Assembly: GCF_008065095.1 (NCBI RefSeq)
Contig: NZ_CP042911.1
Span: 5,580,001 to 5,612,000, forward strand
DNA from: Gemmata obscuriglobus
GTDB taxonomy: Bacteria > Planctomycetota > Planctomycetia > Gemmatales > Gemmataceae
Reading direction: 5' to 3'
Length of the DNA stretch: 32,000 nucleotides
Positions within the stretch are counted from its first letter, which is position 1. Every line of letters starts with the position of its first letter. Position numbers and translations under genes: made by a program. Under the pieces are notes generated by a model. The model was given only the letters and a program-made list of their open reading frames with translations. It did no database searches and was not told where the DNA came from. Below, piece after piece: positions 17,301 to 25,830 of this stretch.

Positions 17301-20300
17301 CGTGCCCGGCGAGCCGCTGGAACACGTGCGACTCGGCGGCCGTGATGCCCAGGTGCCGCAGTTCGACCCGGCTGTGCGCCCAGGCGAGATCGAACGCGCG
17401 GTCGGCGGCGGGCAGCGCGTGGTAGTGGTCCGCCAGCGCCAGGGCCGCCTCGCGGGTGTCGGCCACCGCGGTGACGAACGCCAGCGTCGCCCGCCCGCCC
17501 GCGGGGATGCGAACGGTTTTGCGGAGCGCGAACACCGGGTCGAGCACTGACCCCACGGTGCCCGACAGCCGCTTCGTCAGCGCCTCGGGCTCGCCCGGCC
17601 CGCGGCGCCGGCCGAGGAACTTCGCGCGGTCCGTTTCGTGCTCGGTGGCGCGGCCCGCGTGCTCGTCGGCGGCCACCAGATGAACCGCAAATACCGGCTT
17701 TTGGCTCGGCGCCCGCGGGCGCCGGCGACAAATGAGGGCGTCGTACTGCGGCACCCATTCCGTTTCGAGGAACAGCTTCCCGAACGCCGGGTGCGCGAGG
17801 TCGGCGCGCTGGTCGTTCAGCACCACCTCCACAAGGCTGGTGACCTCGAGCGCGCGGGGCCGGGTGTCGTGGTTGACGAGCGTCACCCGGCGCACCTCGG
17901 CGTCGTGGTCGGGGGCCACGACCACTTCCGTCTGCGTTTCGATGAACCCGTCGCGGCGCCGCAGCTCGGCCTTGTCCGCCGAGAAAATGACCTCGTAATA
18001 ATCGGCCGGGGTACACAGCGGCTGGTGCCCGGCGGACCACTCCACGCCCGTCGCCGGGTCGCGCACGTACACGAACGAGCCGTGCGGGTCACGGGTCGGG
18101 TCCGCGCGCCACTTGTTCACCGCCAGCCCGCGCCGGGAGCTGAACCCGCCCCCGGCGTTCGTCACGAGAACCGTGTACTGCCCGTTCGAGAGCAACTGGC
18201 ACCGCGGCGCCGGGGTGGCGGCCGTCGTGAGCCGGCGGCTCACCTCGGACGCGGCCGTGGCCGGGGTCGCTCCCTCCGTCTCGGTGTCCGGGGCGCGCAC
18301 CTCGGGGGCGTCGAGCGGCACCCGCTCCTGGAGCAGCAGTTCGACCGCCCGCACCGCCGGTTCGGCGTGGAGCCGGCGGCAGTGAACGTCGCCCAGCAGG
18401 CGGTTGGTGATCGCGCACAGGCCCATCCCCTGGTGGTGCGCCATGTACGACTTCACCACCCGCCACCGCTCGCCCTTCTTGAGCCGGTCGCGGGTGAAGT
18501 CGATCGCCTCGTAAAACCCGTACTCCCCTTCCCCGCCCGCCCCGCGGAGCATCGTGAAGTTGCCGATCGCGGCGGTGGCGTCGACCATCGTCGCCAGAAG
18601 GGTCGCGTAGGGCGCGACGACCAGGTCCTTCCCCAGCCCGCGCTTGAGCCCCATCCCGGGCACGCCGAACGACTGGTACTGGTAGTCACCCTCCGCGCTG
18701 ACGACCGCGAACCCGGACTCCGACACCCCCCACGGGGTGCCGGTCTCCACCCCGTACTCGATGTGGCGCGCGACGGTCGCGTGGTGCGCCACGTCGAGCA
18801 TCGTTCCCCGCGGCGGCGCGAGGAGCAGCCGCGGCATCAGGTACTCGAACATGGTCCCGCCCCACGAGATCAGCCCCGGCGCGCCGCCGGCGGTCGTGAC
18901 CAGGCGGCCGAGCTGGAACCAGTGCTTCCGCGGCACCACACCCCGCGCGACCGCGAGGAAGCTCGTGAGCGCGGCCTCCGACGCGAGCAGGTCGTAGTGC
19001 GCCGAATCGAGCCGCTCGAGCGGGACGTTGTAACCGATGCTGAAGAGGTGCCGGGACTCGTTGTACAGGAACCCGAAGTCCATCGCGTCCGCGAACCGCT
19101 CGGCCCGCCCCGCGGCCTCCTCCAGCCGCGCGACCAGATCGGCCGCGCGTGACCGCCCCAAAGATTCAGACAGCGGCTCCGCAACGGAACGGGACTCCAG
19201 TTCGGCCCGCAAAGCGGGTAGCCGTTTCGCCCAGTGCCGCGGGCTGTGCGGGGTGTCGAGTTCGCCGAGTGGAGCCGCGCCCCGTTCGCCGGGCGACAGT
19301 GCCCGGAGCACCGGCAGCCACGGGCAGACCGTCTCCAGTTCGGCCCGGAGCGCCTGAATCTGCGCGACCAGTGCCGGCCCCCACGCGCCCGCGCCTTGCA
19401 GGTTCGAGAGCGAGCGGGCGAGCTTGTCGGCCCCTTCCAGCCAGTCGGCCCACGCGAGCAAGGAAGCGGGCGCCGTCGCCAGGTGCGTGCGCAACGCGTC
19501 GGCCGCGCCGGCGGGCAGGTTTTCCGCCGCCAGGTTCAGCGTGTCGAGCAGCCCGCGCGGGGCCGCCGGCGACGGAACCACCTCATCGGCCTTTGCCCGC
19601 AGCCCGTTCTTCACCGCCAGCAAACAGCCGAGCAGGTTCCCGCTATCCACAGTGGACACGTAGTCCGGCGGGAGCGGGCGGAGCGTGGTGGTTTCGTACC
19701 AGTTCAGGAAGTGGCCGCGGAACCGGTCCATCCGGTCGAGCGTGTCGAAGGTGTTGGACACGCGTGTCGCGAGTTCGGTCAGCGTTACGTACCCGAGATC
19801 GTGCGCGGACAGCGTCGACAGGAGCAACAACCCCTTGTTGGTGGGGGACGTGCGGTGCGCCACCACCCCGCGCGGGTCCTCCTGGTAATTGTCGGGCGGG
19901 AGCCAGTTGTCCTCGGCGGTGACGAACGTCTCGAAGAACCGCCACGTCTTACGCCCGGTGCGGCGCAACTCCGCTTCATCCGCCGCCGCCAGCGGGGCCT
20001 CGGCGTCCTTCAGCGGCCGACTCACCAGCCACGCGACCACCGGCGACAGCGCCCACGCCACCAGCCACGGCCCCGCGGCCCACAGCGCCCCGGGACTCGT
20101 CCACGCGACCAGCGCGGCAAGTCCCACCGCGAGCGCCACCGCCTGCCACATCGACCGAACGAACTGTCGCAGCCCGCTCCCGAGCCGCGCCTCGGCGGCC
20201 GCCGCCGTTTCCCACTCGAGCATCTGCCGCCGGGTGACGAGCAGCCGGCGCAGCGTCCGCCCCACGGCGTCGAGCGCGAGCGCCGCTTGGTTCGGCAGGA

Positions 20301-22899
20301 ACACCGCGGCCAGCACCACTTGCCAGAACGTCGCGGGCAGGCTCTGTCGCGCCCCGCGGAGCACCGCCCCGGGCGTCCGGCTCGATACGAAATCGAGCCC
20401 CTGGAGAACCAGTTGGAGCAGCAGCGGCACCGCGAGCACCGCGAGCGCCACGAGCGACCACGCCCACGCCGCCCCGGGAAGCACGGTCCAACCCAACGCG
20501 AGGAGCGCCACCAGCGCGGCCGGCATCAAGCTGCGCCGGAGGTTGTCGAGCACCTTCCAGCGGCCCAGCAGCGTAAGCACGTTTGGTTTGCGCCCGTCGG
20601 CGGTCGGAACGGTGAGCCCGAGCCACGGGAGCAGTTGCCAGTCGCCGCGCACCCACCGGTGCTCGCGCTTCGCGTAGGCGTGGTACTTCGCGGGGAAGTC
20701 GTCGAACACCTCCACGTCCGTGACCAGCCCGCACCGGGCGAAGTTCGACTCGATCAGGTCGTGGCTCAGGATGCTGTTCTCCGGGAACGCGTGTCCGGCG
20801 GTCGCGTGGAACGCTTCCAGGTCGTACAGCCCCTTCCCGGTGAACGTGCCCCACCCGAACAGGTCCTGGTACACATCCGACGACGCGCTCGAGTACGGGT
20901 CGATGCCCGCCGAGCCCGCAAAGATGCGGGCGAACAGCGACCGCAGGCCGGTCTTGTAGAGGAAGCTGACCCGCGGTTGCAAGATCCCGTACCCCGCGAC
21001 CACCCGGCGCCCGTCGGCGGACAGCACGGGGCGGTTGAGCGGGTGCGCCAGCGTCGCAACGAGCCGCCGGGCGGCGTCGCGCGGCAGCACCGTGTCCGCG
21101 TCCAGTGTGAGGACGAACCGGGCCTCAATCGCCGCCGCGTCGCCGGTCTGAACCGTGTAACTGGTGCTCGTGTCCCCCTTCAACAGGCGGTTGAACTCGT
21201 CGAGCTTCCCGCGCTTGCGCTCCCACCCCATCCACGCGCCTTCGGACACGTTGAGCTGGCGCTTGCGGTGAAAGAGGAAGAAGACGTCGGCCTTGCCGCG
21301 GGCGTGCCGCTCGTTCAGCTTCCGAATCCCGTCGGCCGCGACTTTGACCAGCGCGGCGTCGTTCGGCGTCGTTTCCGTGGGGGCGTCGGCCCAGTCGGTG
21401 AGCAGCGCGAACCGGAACTGCGGGTCCGGGTTCGCCAGGTAGTGAAGCTCCAGCCGCTCGCAGAGCGCCGCCGCGCTTTCCGGTTTCGTCAGCATCCCCG
21501 GGATGACGACGATGGTGCGCCACTCGGCCGGCACGCCGGAATTGAAATCGAGCTTCGGCAGCACCCGCGGCGGGAGCACCCGGCACACCGCCGCGTTCAC
21601 CACCGCAACCGCGACCTCGCTCGCGGGAAGCAGGACCGCGAGCCCGACCAGCACGAGCAGCCACACCGACGACGTGACGAGAGCCGTGAGCCCGACGGCG
21701 AGAGCGACCAGCGACACCGTTATCAGCGTCAGCCCGCCGAAATACGTCAGATTCGGGCGGTCCGTCAGGAGCGCGCGCCACCGGTCGCGGAACTTGAACC
21801 GGCACCCCAGCGCGCGGGCGAACGCGCCCCGCCCCTCCGCAACGAGGTGGTATCCGAGGTGCCGCTCGCGCGGGGAGGCGCCCTGCGCGGCCCGGGCGAG
21901 CGCGTGCCGGGCGACGTCCGCCTCGTCGCGCCGGGCCGCCTTGGCGAGTTGCTCCACGGCCTGGCGGTAGCGGTCGCGGGTGGCCGCGTCCTGGTGCCGG
22001 TACACGCCCGTCGGCTCGGCGCGGAGCGCCTCCTCGACCAGACTCGCGTGCTCGAAGAACTGCCCCCAGTCGATCGCGTTCAGCAGGCGCAGGCTGGTGA
22101 CACAGTTCCCGACCGAGACCTGGTTCGCCGCCTGCCGCCGGTGCTCGCGGCGCAGCACCTCGCTCAGGTCGCCGGGCACGTCCGAGATTCCCGGGTTCGT
22201 TTCGCTGAGGTCGCGCACGGCCTGGTGCCAGCCGACCAGGAACGCATCGGAACTGCCTTCCGGGAGCGGCCGGTTGGCCCCGGTCTCGGTCCGGCCGACC
22301 CATTCGAGCGCCCGCGCCCGCTCGGTGCGGGTGCGGAGCATCTGGTCGGCGAGCCGGCGCAGGTTCTCGATCAGCGCGAGCCGGAGCATGATCGGCACCG
22401 CCCACAGTTCGCCGGTGGTGAGCGGAGCGACCTCCTGGTACGCGCGAACGAACCGGAGGAGCTGGCCGTCGTCGAGGTGGCTGTCGGTGTGGGTGACCAG
22501 TTCGACCGCGAGCGCGTAGACCCGTGGGTGCCCGCGGTGCGGCCCGTCCGCGGCCACGGGCAGTTCGTCGGCGTACCCGCGCGGGAGGTCGGTGCGCACC
22601 TCGCGGAGCACGTCCTCAATGACAAAGAAGTTGTCGAGCAGCCACTCCGCGTCCGGCATGAGCGGCTCGGCGCGGGCGGCCTCGGCCGCGGCGTCCCGCG
22701 CGGCGCGGAGCACCGCGGCGTTGTCGCGAAGCCGGGCCAGCAGCGCATGTGAACCCGGGTTCACATGCGCCGGCCCCGCGGCGAGCGAGCGGGCCAGGTC
22801 CGCGAGGCGGTCCGGGCCGAACAGGTCGCCGCGAAACGGTTCAGGAGTCGGTACTTGAGGAGAGGGGTCGTGTCGTTTGCTCGATAATGACCGTTCCAT
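14395..22899 (-). CDS. Cyclic beta-1,2-glucan synthase (NdvB/ChvB/Cgs-type: GT84 glycosyltransferase + GH94 phosphorylase-like C-terminal half)
   Basis: The maximal track ORF has a GTG start at 22986 (2863 aa). ATG at 22899 (2834 aa) is preceded by GGGGAGA, and GC3 is better downstream of it. The size matches known Cgs/NdvB proteins. It has a multi-TM N-terminal half with a GT motif (LTLDADTVLPRDAARRL, REHRWVRGDWQLLPWL). The C-terminal half carries cellobiose-phosphorylase-like motifs (FRDQLQDAMAL, GCGDWNDGMN, ENGGQYTHAA). Confidence 0.9.
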   Translation of the reverse strand: MERSLSSKRHDPSPQVPTPEPFRGDLFGPDRLADLARSLAAGPAHVNPGSHALLARLRDNAAVLRAARDAAAEAARAEPLMPDAEWLLDNFFVIEDVLREVRTDLPRGYADELPVAADGPHRGHPRVYALAVELVTHTDSHLDDGQLLRFVRAYQEVAPLTTGELWAVPIMLRLALIENLRRLADQMLRTRTERARALEWVGRTETGANRPLPEGSSDAFLVGWHQAVRDLSETNPGISDVPGDLSEVLRREHRRQAANQVSVGNCVTSLRLLNAIDWGQFFEHASLVEEALRAEPTGVYRHQDAATRDRYRQAVEQLAKAARRDEADVARHALARAAQGASPRERHLGYHLVAEGRGAFARALGCRFKFRDRWRALLTDRPNLTYFGGLTLITVSLVALAVGLTALVTSSVWLLVLVGLAVLLPASEVAVAVVNAAVCRVLPPRVLPKLDFNSGVPAEWRTIVVIPGMLTKPESAAALCERLELHYLANPDPQFRFALLTDWADAPTETTPNDAALVKVAADGIRKLNERHARGKADVFFLFHRKRQLNVSEGAWMGWERKRGKLDEFNRLLKGDTSTSYTVQTGDAAAIEARFVLTLDADTVLPRDAARRLVATLAHPLNRPVLSADGRRVVAGYGILQPRVSFLYKTGLRSLFARIFAGSAGIDPYSSASSDVYQDLFGWGTFTGKGLYDLEAFHATAGHAFPENSILSHDLIESNFARCGLVTDVEVFDDFPAKYHAYAKREHRWVRGDWQLLPWLGLTVPTADGRKPNVLTLLGRWKVLDNLRRSLMPAALVALLALGWTVLPGAAWAWSLVALAVLAVPLLLQLVLQGLDFVSSRTPGAVLRGARQSLPATFWQVVLAAVFLPNQAALALDAVGRTLRRLLVTRRQMLEWETAAAAEARLGSGLRQFVRSMWQAVALAVGLAALVAWTSPGALWAAGPWLVAWALSPVVAWLVSRPLKDAEAPLAAADEAELRRTGRKTWRFFETFVTAEDNWLPPDNYQEDPRGVVAHRTSPTNKGLLLLSTLSAHDLGYVTLTELATRVSNTFDTLDRMDRFRGHFLNWYETTTLRPLPPDYVSTVDSGNLLGCLLAVKNGLRAKADEVVPSPAAPRGLLDTLNLAAENLPAGAADALRTHLATAPASLLAWADWLEGADKLARSLSNLQGAGAWGPALVAQIQALRAELETVCPWLPVLRALSPGERGAAPLGELDTPHSPRHWAKRLPALRAELESRSVAEPLSESLGRSRAADLVARLEEAAGRAERFADAMDFGFLYNESRHLFSIGYNVPLERLDSAHYDLLASEAALTSFLAVARGVVPRKHWFQLGRLVTTAGGAPGLISWGGTMFEYLMPRLLLAPPRGTMLDVAHHATVARHIEYGVETGTPWGVSESGFAVVSAEGDYQYQSFGVPGMGLKRGLGKDLVVAPYATLLATMVDATAAIGNFTMLRGAGGEGEYGFYEAIDFTRDRLKKGERWRVVKSYMAHHQGMGLCAITNRLLGDVHCRRLHAEPAVRAVELLLQERVPLDAPEVRAPDTETEGATPATAASEVSRRLTTAATPAPRCQLLSNGQYTVLVTNAGGGFSSRRGLAVNKWRADPTRDPHGSFVYVRDPATGVEWSAGHQPLCTPADYYEVIFSADKAELRRRDGFIETQTEVVVAPDHDAEVRRVTLVNHDTRPRALEVTSLVEVVLNDQRADLAHPAFGKLFLETEWVPQYDALICRRRPRAPSQKPVFAVHLVAADEHAGRATEHETDRAKFLGRRRGPGEPEALTKRLSGTVGSVLDPVFALRKTVRIPAGGRATLAFVTAVADTREAALALADHYHALPAADRAFDLAWAHSRVELRHLGITAAESHVFQRLAGHVLFPPAALRSAASLRENRLGQPGLWRSGISGDVPIVAVCVSDGDGMPLARQALKAHAFWRGRGFVVDLVLLADRPASYREELYQDLAALARASDSRDVIDRPGGVFVRKVQPGSEDRTLILAAARVVLYGDHGTLADQIDAVARGSKLPPDLVPTRAGEPNVTECNAGEGLRFFNGTGGFSPDGREYVVTGTPPAPWINVIANSVVGCLATDAGPGATWAGNSQSNRLTPWANDPVTDPPVEVVYLRDEETGHFWSVTPRPCGGPTETRHGHGYTTYAADRDGLCTELTLFVPVADPVKVLRLKVTNRAGRARRLSAALFADWVLGTNREHTATHVVTEVDPNSGTLLARCAFNEDFGSAVAFADVSLRPRTLTGDRTEFLGRNRSPGHPAALRRVGLSDLAGPALDPCAALLGRFELAADGTAEIVFVLGQAVDAATAAKFATEYRDPVRAEQALREVVAAWERRLSTVRVRTPEPGLDVLVNGWLPYQVLACRFWGRTALYQSGGAYGFRDQLQDAMALLYAEPAQAREQILRAAAHQFPEGDVLHWWHPPTGRGVRTRFSDDFLWLPYAVAQYVAVTNDTTVLNEEVPFLRGPALKAEEQEEYFQPSVSEQTAPIYEHCLRALAHGWKLGPHGLPLMGCGDWNDGMNLVGAGGTGESVWVAWFQILVRKQFGELAAGHGDPDTARRLAAEAEQLRGAVEEHAWDGDWYLRAWFDDGTPLGARANDECRIDSLGQSWAVLSGAGAPDRARRGVNAALGHLVDRDARLVKLFAPPFDRGTLEPGYIKGYVPGIRENGGQYTHAAIWLVQALAGLGRGTEAVALWNMLNPLAHAATPEGVELYKVEPYVVAADVYGVAPHVGRGGWTWYTGSASWLYRAALETILGFTKRGDRLSFDPRVPSEWGEFEIEYRHGGTVYRCRVENPDRVESGVREVWLNGTQLPELAILLRDDGREHAVRVVLGAKSAN

Positions 22900-23031
22900 G
22901 CGCGCGCGATTCTCCCCGTGTCGAGAACTGACCGGGGAGCAAATCGGGTGCCGTGTAATCGATGTGCGAAAGCACCGCGCACGCACCGCGCATGAGCGAA
23001 CTGGACAACCTGATCGGGTAAACGTGCGCGA

Positions 23032-23445
23032 CTACGAGCCGAGATTACTCGGACCGAAGGCGCCGGGAAGCAGTTCGGCCAGCCGCTGGGTGATGACGCC
23101 GGGGCCGTCGCACACGCTCACGACGAGCGCGTTCGGTCCGAACTCGTTGATCACTTGCCGGCACCCCCCGCAAGGGGCCGTGGGCTCGGGCGTGGGCGTG
23201 TAGATCACGACCGCCGCAACGTCGGTGCGCCCGCTCCCGACCATCTGAAAGACGGCGTTTCGCTCTGCGCAGATCGTGAGCCCGTAGGACGCGTTCTCGA
23301 CGTTGCACCCGTCGAAGACGGTCCCGTCGCCGGTGAGAACCGCAGCCCCCACCCGGAACCGGCTGTACGGGGCGTAGGCACGCGCCGCGACGGCCCGGGC
23401 GCGACGAATCAGTTCTGCGAGGGTCGAGTCGTCCAGAGGGGTCAT
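23032..23445 (-). CDS. cdd: Cytidine deaminase (small homotetrameric type)
   Basis: ATG = complement of 23443-23445, giving 137 aa. Zinc-site motifs are CAERNAVFQMV and PCGGCRQVINEF, and the N-terminus has APYSRFRVGAAVL. The track start at 23508 adds 21 non-conserved residues. Confidence 0.9.
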   Translation of the reverse strand: MTPLDDSTLAELIRRARAVAARAYAPYSRFRVGAAVLTGDGTVFDGCNVENASYGLTICAERNAVFQMVGSGRTDVAAVVIYTPTPEPTAPCGGCRQVINEFGPNALVVSVCDGPGVITQRLAELLPGAFGPSNLGS

Positions 23446-23964
23446 ACGTTCTCTCGCGTCGTGTTGACCGTTTGGATGCGCCACACTCTCCCTGCACCGG
23501 CGCGCCAAACGCCGCAGCCGGGCCGGCGATCAAATCCTGTGTGCGCGGCCTTAGCCAGAAAACGCTGCTGGGCTCACCGGTTGCTTTAACGTGTTAATTT
23601 ACTAGCGACAGCCAAGGAAAACACAATAGCTTCGAGTTCCAGGTTCTAATTTGGCCCAGTGGCCGCCAAAACGCTCCAACGATTCGTGCCACTCGCAACT
23701 CTAATTGAAACTACTGGAATCACCTTCACACGCAGCCGCGGTCCGCCCGGCGCTCCGCCGCCGCAGAATTTTGTTCTCTCCGGATCGGCAAGACTCTGGA
23801 ACCCGAGGGCCGAATTCGCGCCGGCGCACGAGGGTTCGCTCGCACCTCACGCCCCGCCTGCACCCGGGACCGAAAATGTCGCGCCGGATGCGAGGAGACC
23901 GGTGAGTGGCGACAGCTTGTTGTGCGAGCGGAGATTATGAGCCCGCACCGCAAACCGCAGCAAT

Positions 23965-23993
23965 TTGTTAACCCGCGATTCGCGTTTTATGCT
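23965..23993 (+). promoter_or_regulatory. Candidate promoter upstream of the CheX-like gene
   Basis: TTGTTA (23965-23970), 17-nt spacer, TATGCT (23988-23993), about 110 nt upstream of ATG 24104. Pattern match only. Confidence 0.25.
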
Positions 23994-24103
23994 CTTAACA
24001 CCTGCACGCGCCGACGGGGCACAAGCGAACGAGCGCAGCTCGCCGCGCGTAACCGAAGCGCCCCTCTGACGCACCGCCCCAGACATCGACCGAGTACAGA
24101 CCG

Positions 24104-25822
24104 ATGGTCGCAACACTACCCACCGCCAACACGTTCCCGCCCGCCGTGAGCGAGGCCGTCGAGGGCGCGGCGGCCACCTTCTTCAGCGGTTCGTGCGGGC
24201 TGACGCACGTCCCGGACGCGCAGATTGATGACGCCGTCGACCAGGCGGGCATCATGAGCACCATCTCGTTCGTGGGCGACATCCAGTGGGCGTTCGCGCT
24301 GGCGTTCCCCGAGGAGGCCGCGGTCGGACTCGCCCGCACGTTCGCCGGGTTCGACATCCCGTTCGACAGCGTGGATATGGGCGACGTGATCGGTGAGATC
24401 GTGAACGTGATCGCCGGGGACGTCGTCGGCCGGCTGGCGAAGCAGAAGATCGAGGCCCGGATGTCGCTCCCCACGACGGTGCGTGGGAGCAACGTGTCCA
24501 TGATGATGCCCACGGACGCGCCCGCCACGCGGTTCGTGTTCTCCGGCCCGGCGGGCACGTGCTGGTTCGACCTGGTCGCGACGCCCAAGCCCCTGGCGGC
24601 GCCGGGCCAAGAGGAGAGCCCGGAGGCGGCCACCCGGTGGGGCGGTTCGGACCCGCCCGCGCCGCCCGTGACGCCCGCGCCGGTGGGCACCCTGGCTCCC
24701 GCCCCGGCGCCCGCCGCCGCCCCGGCACCTCACGCCGCGCCGGACCCGTCACAGGACGCCTGGGCCGCGGCGATGGCCGAGGCCGAGCGGCAGATGGCCG
24801 AGCAGGACGCCCTCGACGCCGCCGCACGCGCCGCCGGTCTGACGGCCGGCCCGGCGGTGCAAACCGTCGTCGTCCAGGGGGGCTCCCGGTTGATGCCGCT
24901 GGTGCTGGTGCTGGCCTGCGCCGGGTGGGGCGGGTTGGTCAGCCTCATTGCGGCCGGCGGCCCGCACGGGCCGCCGCCCGAACCCGCGGCCGCGGAGCAC
25001 GCCGAGGGCGCGGCCGCGCCGAAGGCCCCGACCGCAGAGATCGACGAGCTGATCCGGAGCGACCAGTTCGACGACGCCCTCAAGGCGTGTTTCAAGGCCG
25101 CGAAGAAGGACCCCCGACCGAGCGAAACCGCGCTGACGCTCCGCGAGGCCCTGTGCCTCGAGGGCCAGGGCCGCTGGGGCGAGGCCGCCGGGGCGTACCA
25201 GCGCGCCGAGGCGGACCCGGACACGGTCACGTCGGTGGTCGCGCTACTCGGCCAGGCCCGGTGCGCCACGCAGGACGGGTCGTACGTGATCGCCCGCGCG
25301 CTGACGAACCGCGCGCTGCTGCGGTCCGGCGCCCCCGGCTTCCGCGGCACGGCGGTGCGCAAGGACATTCAACACCTCCAGGCGCGGATCGCGCTGCAGG
25401 CGGCCGGCGCGAAGCCGCTGCCCCGGGACGCGAGCGCACGCCCCCTGCTCTCCGCCAGCCCGACCAACGGGCTCGAATGGCTGCCGACGAGCGCGCCCCC
25501 CCCCACCCCGACCGGTGACACGTTCGAGGTGCACCGCATCCTCGGCGCGCCGAAAATGCTCCAGGTGAGCGGTAGCCTCTCCCGCCGCCCGGCGCTTGAG
25601 GTGCTCAACGCGCTCGCCGCCACCGCCGGCTGGAAGGTGCAGGTGAACAGCGACGCGGCCGCGCAACTGAAGTGGGCGGTCGGCCCGATCGAGATCGACC
25701 ACCTCACGCTGCCCGAGTTCCTCAACGTCCTCATGGACGGGACCAGCGTCACGTGGGCGACGGACGGGGACACGTTGCGCCTGGCACTGCCGGCACGCAA
25801 GGAAGCGGCGCCAAAGAAGTAG
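24104..25822 (+). CDS. Membrane-anchored CheX-like phosphatase domain protein with extracytoplasmic TPR-like and STN-like regions (572 aa)
   Basis: Residues 1-160 resemble CheX (IMSTISFVGDIQWAFALAFPEEAAVGLARTFAG...DVIGEIVNVIAGDVVGRLA...MSLPTTVRGS). The motif D94-x3-E98-x2-N101 lies at nt 24383-24406, and Pro123 follows. Next come a P/A-rich linker, one TM helix at aa 263-286 (nt 24890-24961), TPR-like helices (QGRWGEAAGAYQRAEADPD) and a C-terminal module of about 90 aa (PALEVLNALAATAGWKVQVN...LPEFLNVLMDGTSVTWATDGDTLRLAL) that fits the STN pattern. Confidence 0.8.
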   Translation: MVATLPTANTFPPAVSEAVEGAAATFFSGSCGLTHVPDAQIDDAVDQAGIMSTISFVGDIQWAFALAFPEEAAVGLARTFAGFDIPFDSVDMGDVIGEIVNVIAGDVVGRLAKQKIEARMSLPTTVRGSNVSMMMPTDAPATRFVFSGPAGTCWFDLVATPKPLAAPGQEESPEAATRWGGSDPPAPPVTPAPVGTLAPAPAPAAAPAPHAAPDPSQDAWAAAMAEAERQMAEQDALDAAARAAGLTAGPAVQTVVVQGGSRLMPLVLVLACAGWGGLVSLIAAGGPHGPPPEPAAAEHAEGAAAPKAPTAEIDELIRSDQFDDALKACFKAAKKDPRPSETALTLREALCLEGQGRWGEAAGAYQRAEADPDTVTSVVALLGQARCATQDGSYVIARALTNRALLRSGAPGFRGTAVRKDIQHLQARIALQAAGAKPLPRDASARPLLSASPTNGLEWLPTSAPPPTPTGDTFEVHRILGAPKMLQVSGSLSRRPALEVLNALAATAGWKVQVNSDAAAQLKWAVGPIEIDHLTLPEFLNVLMDGTSVTWATDGDTLRLALPARKEAAPKK

Positions 25823-25830
25823 TCACGCGC

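Noticed and set aside
14434-22752. Series of long + strand ORFs (488, 417, 504 and 1172 aa) antisense to the glucan synthase
   Set aside because: These are shadow ORFs of a GC3-saturated 8.5-kb gene. They have low-complexity Arg/Pro/Gly composition and no recognisable domains. The minus-strand product has GT and GH94-type motifs along its full length.
22900-23445. Possible functional link between cytidine deaminase and the glucan synthase (same strand, 133-nt gap to the preferred cgs start at 22899)
   Set aside because: Pyrimidine salvage has no known connection to glucan synthesis. The adjacency is most simply coincidental or a shared transcription unit of housekeeping genes.
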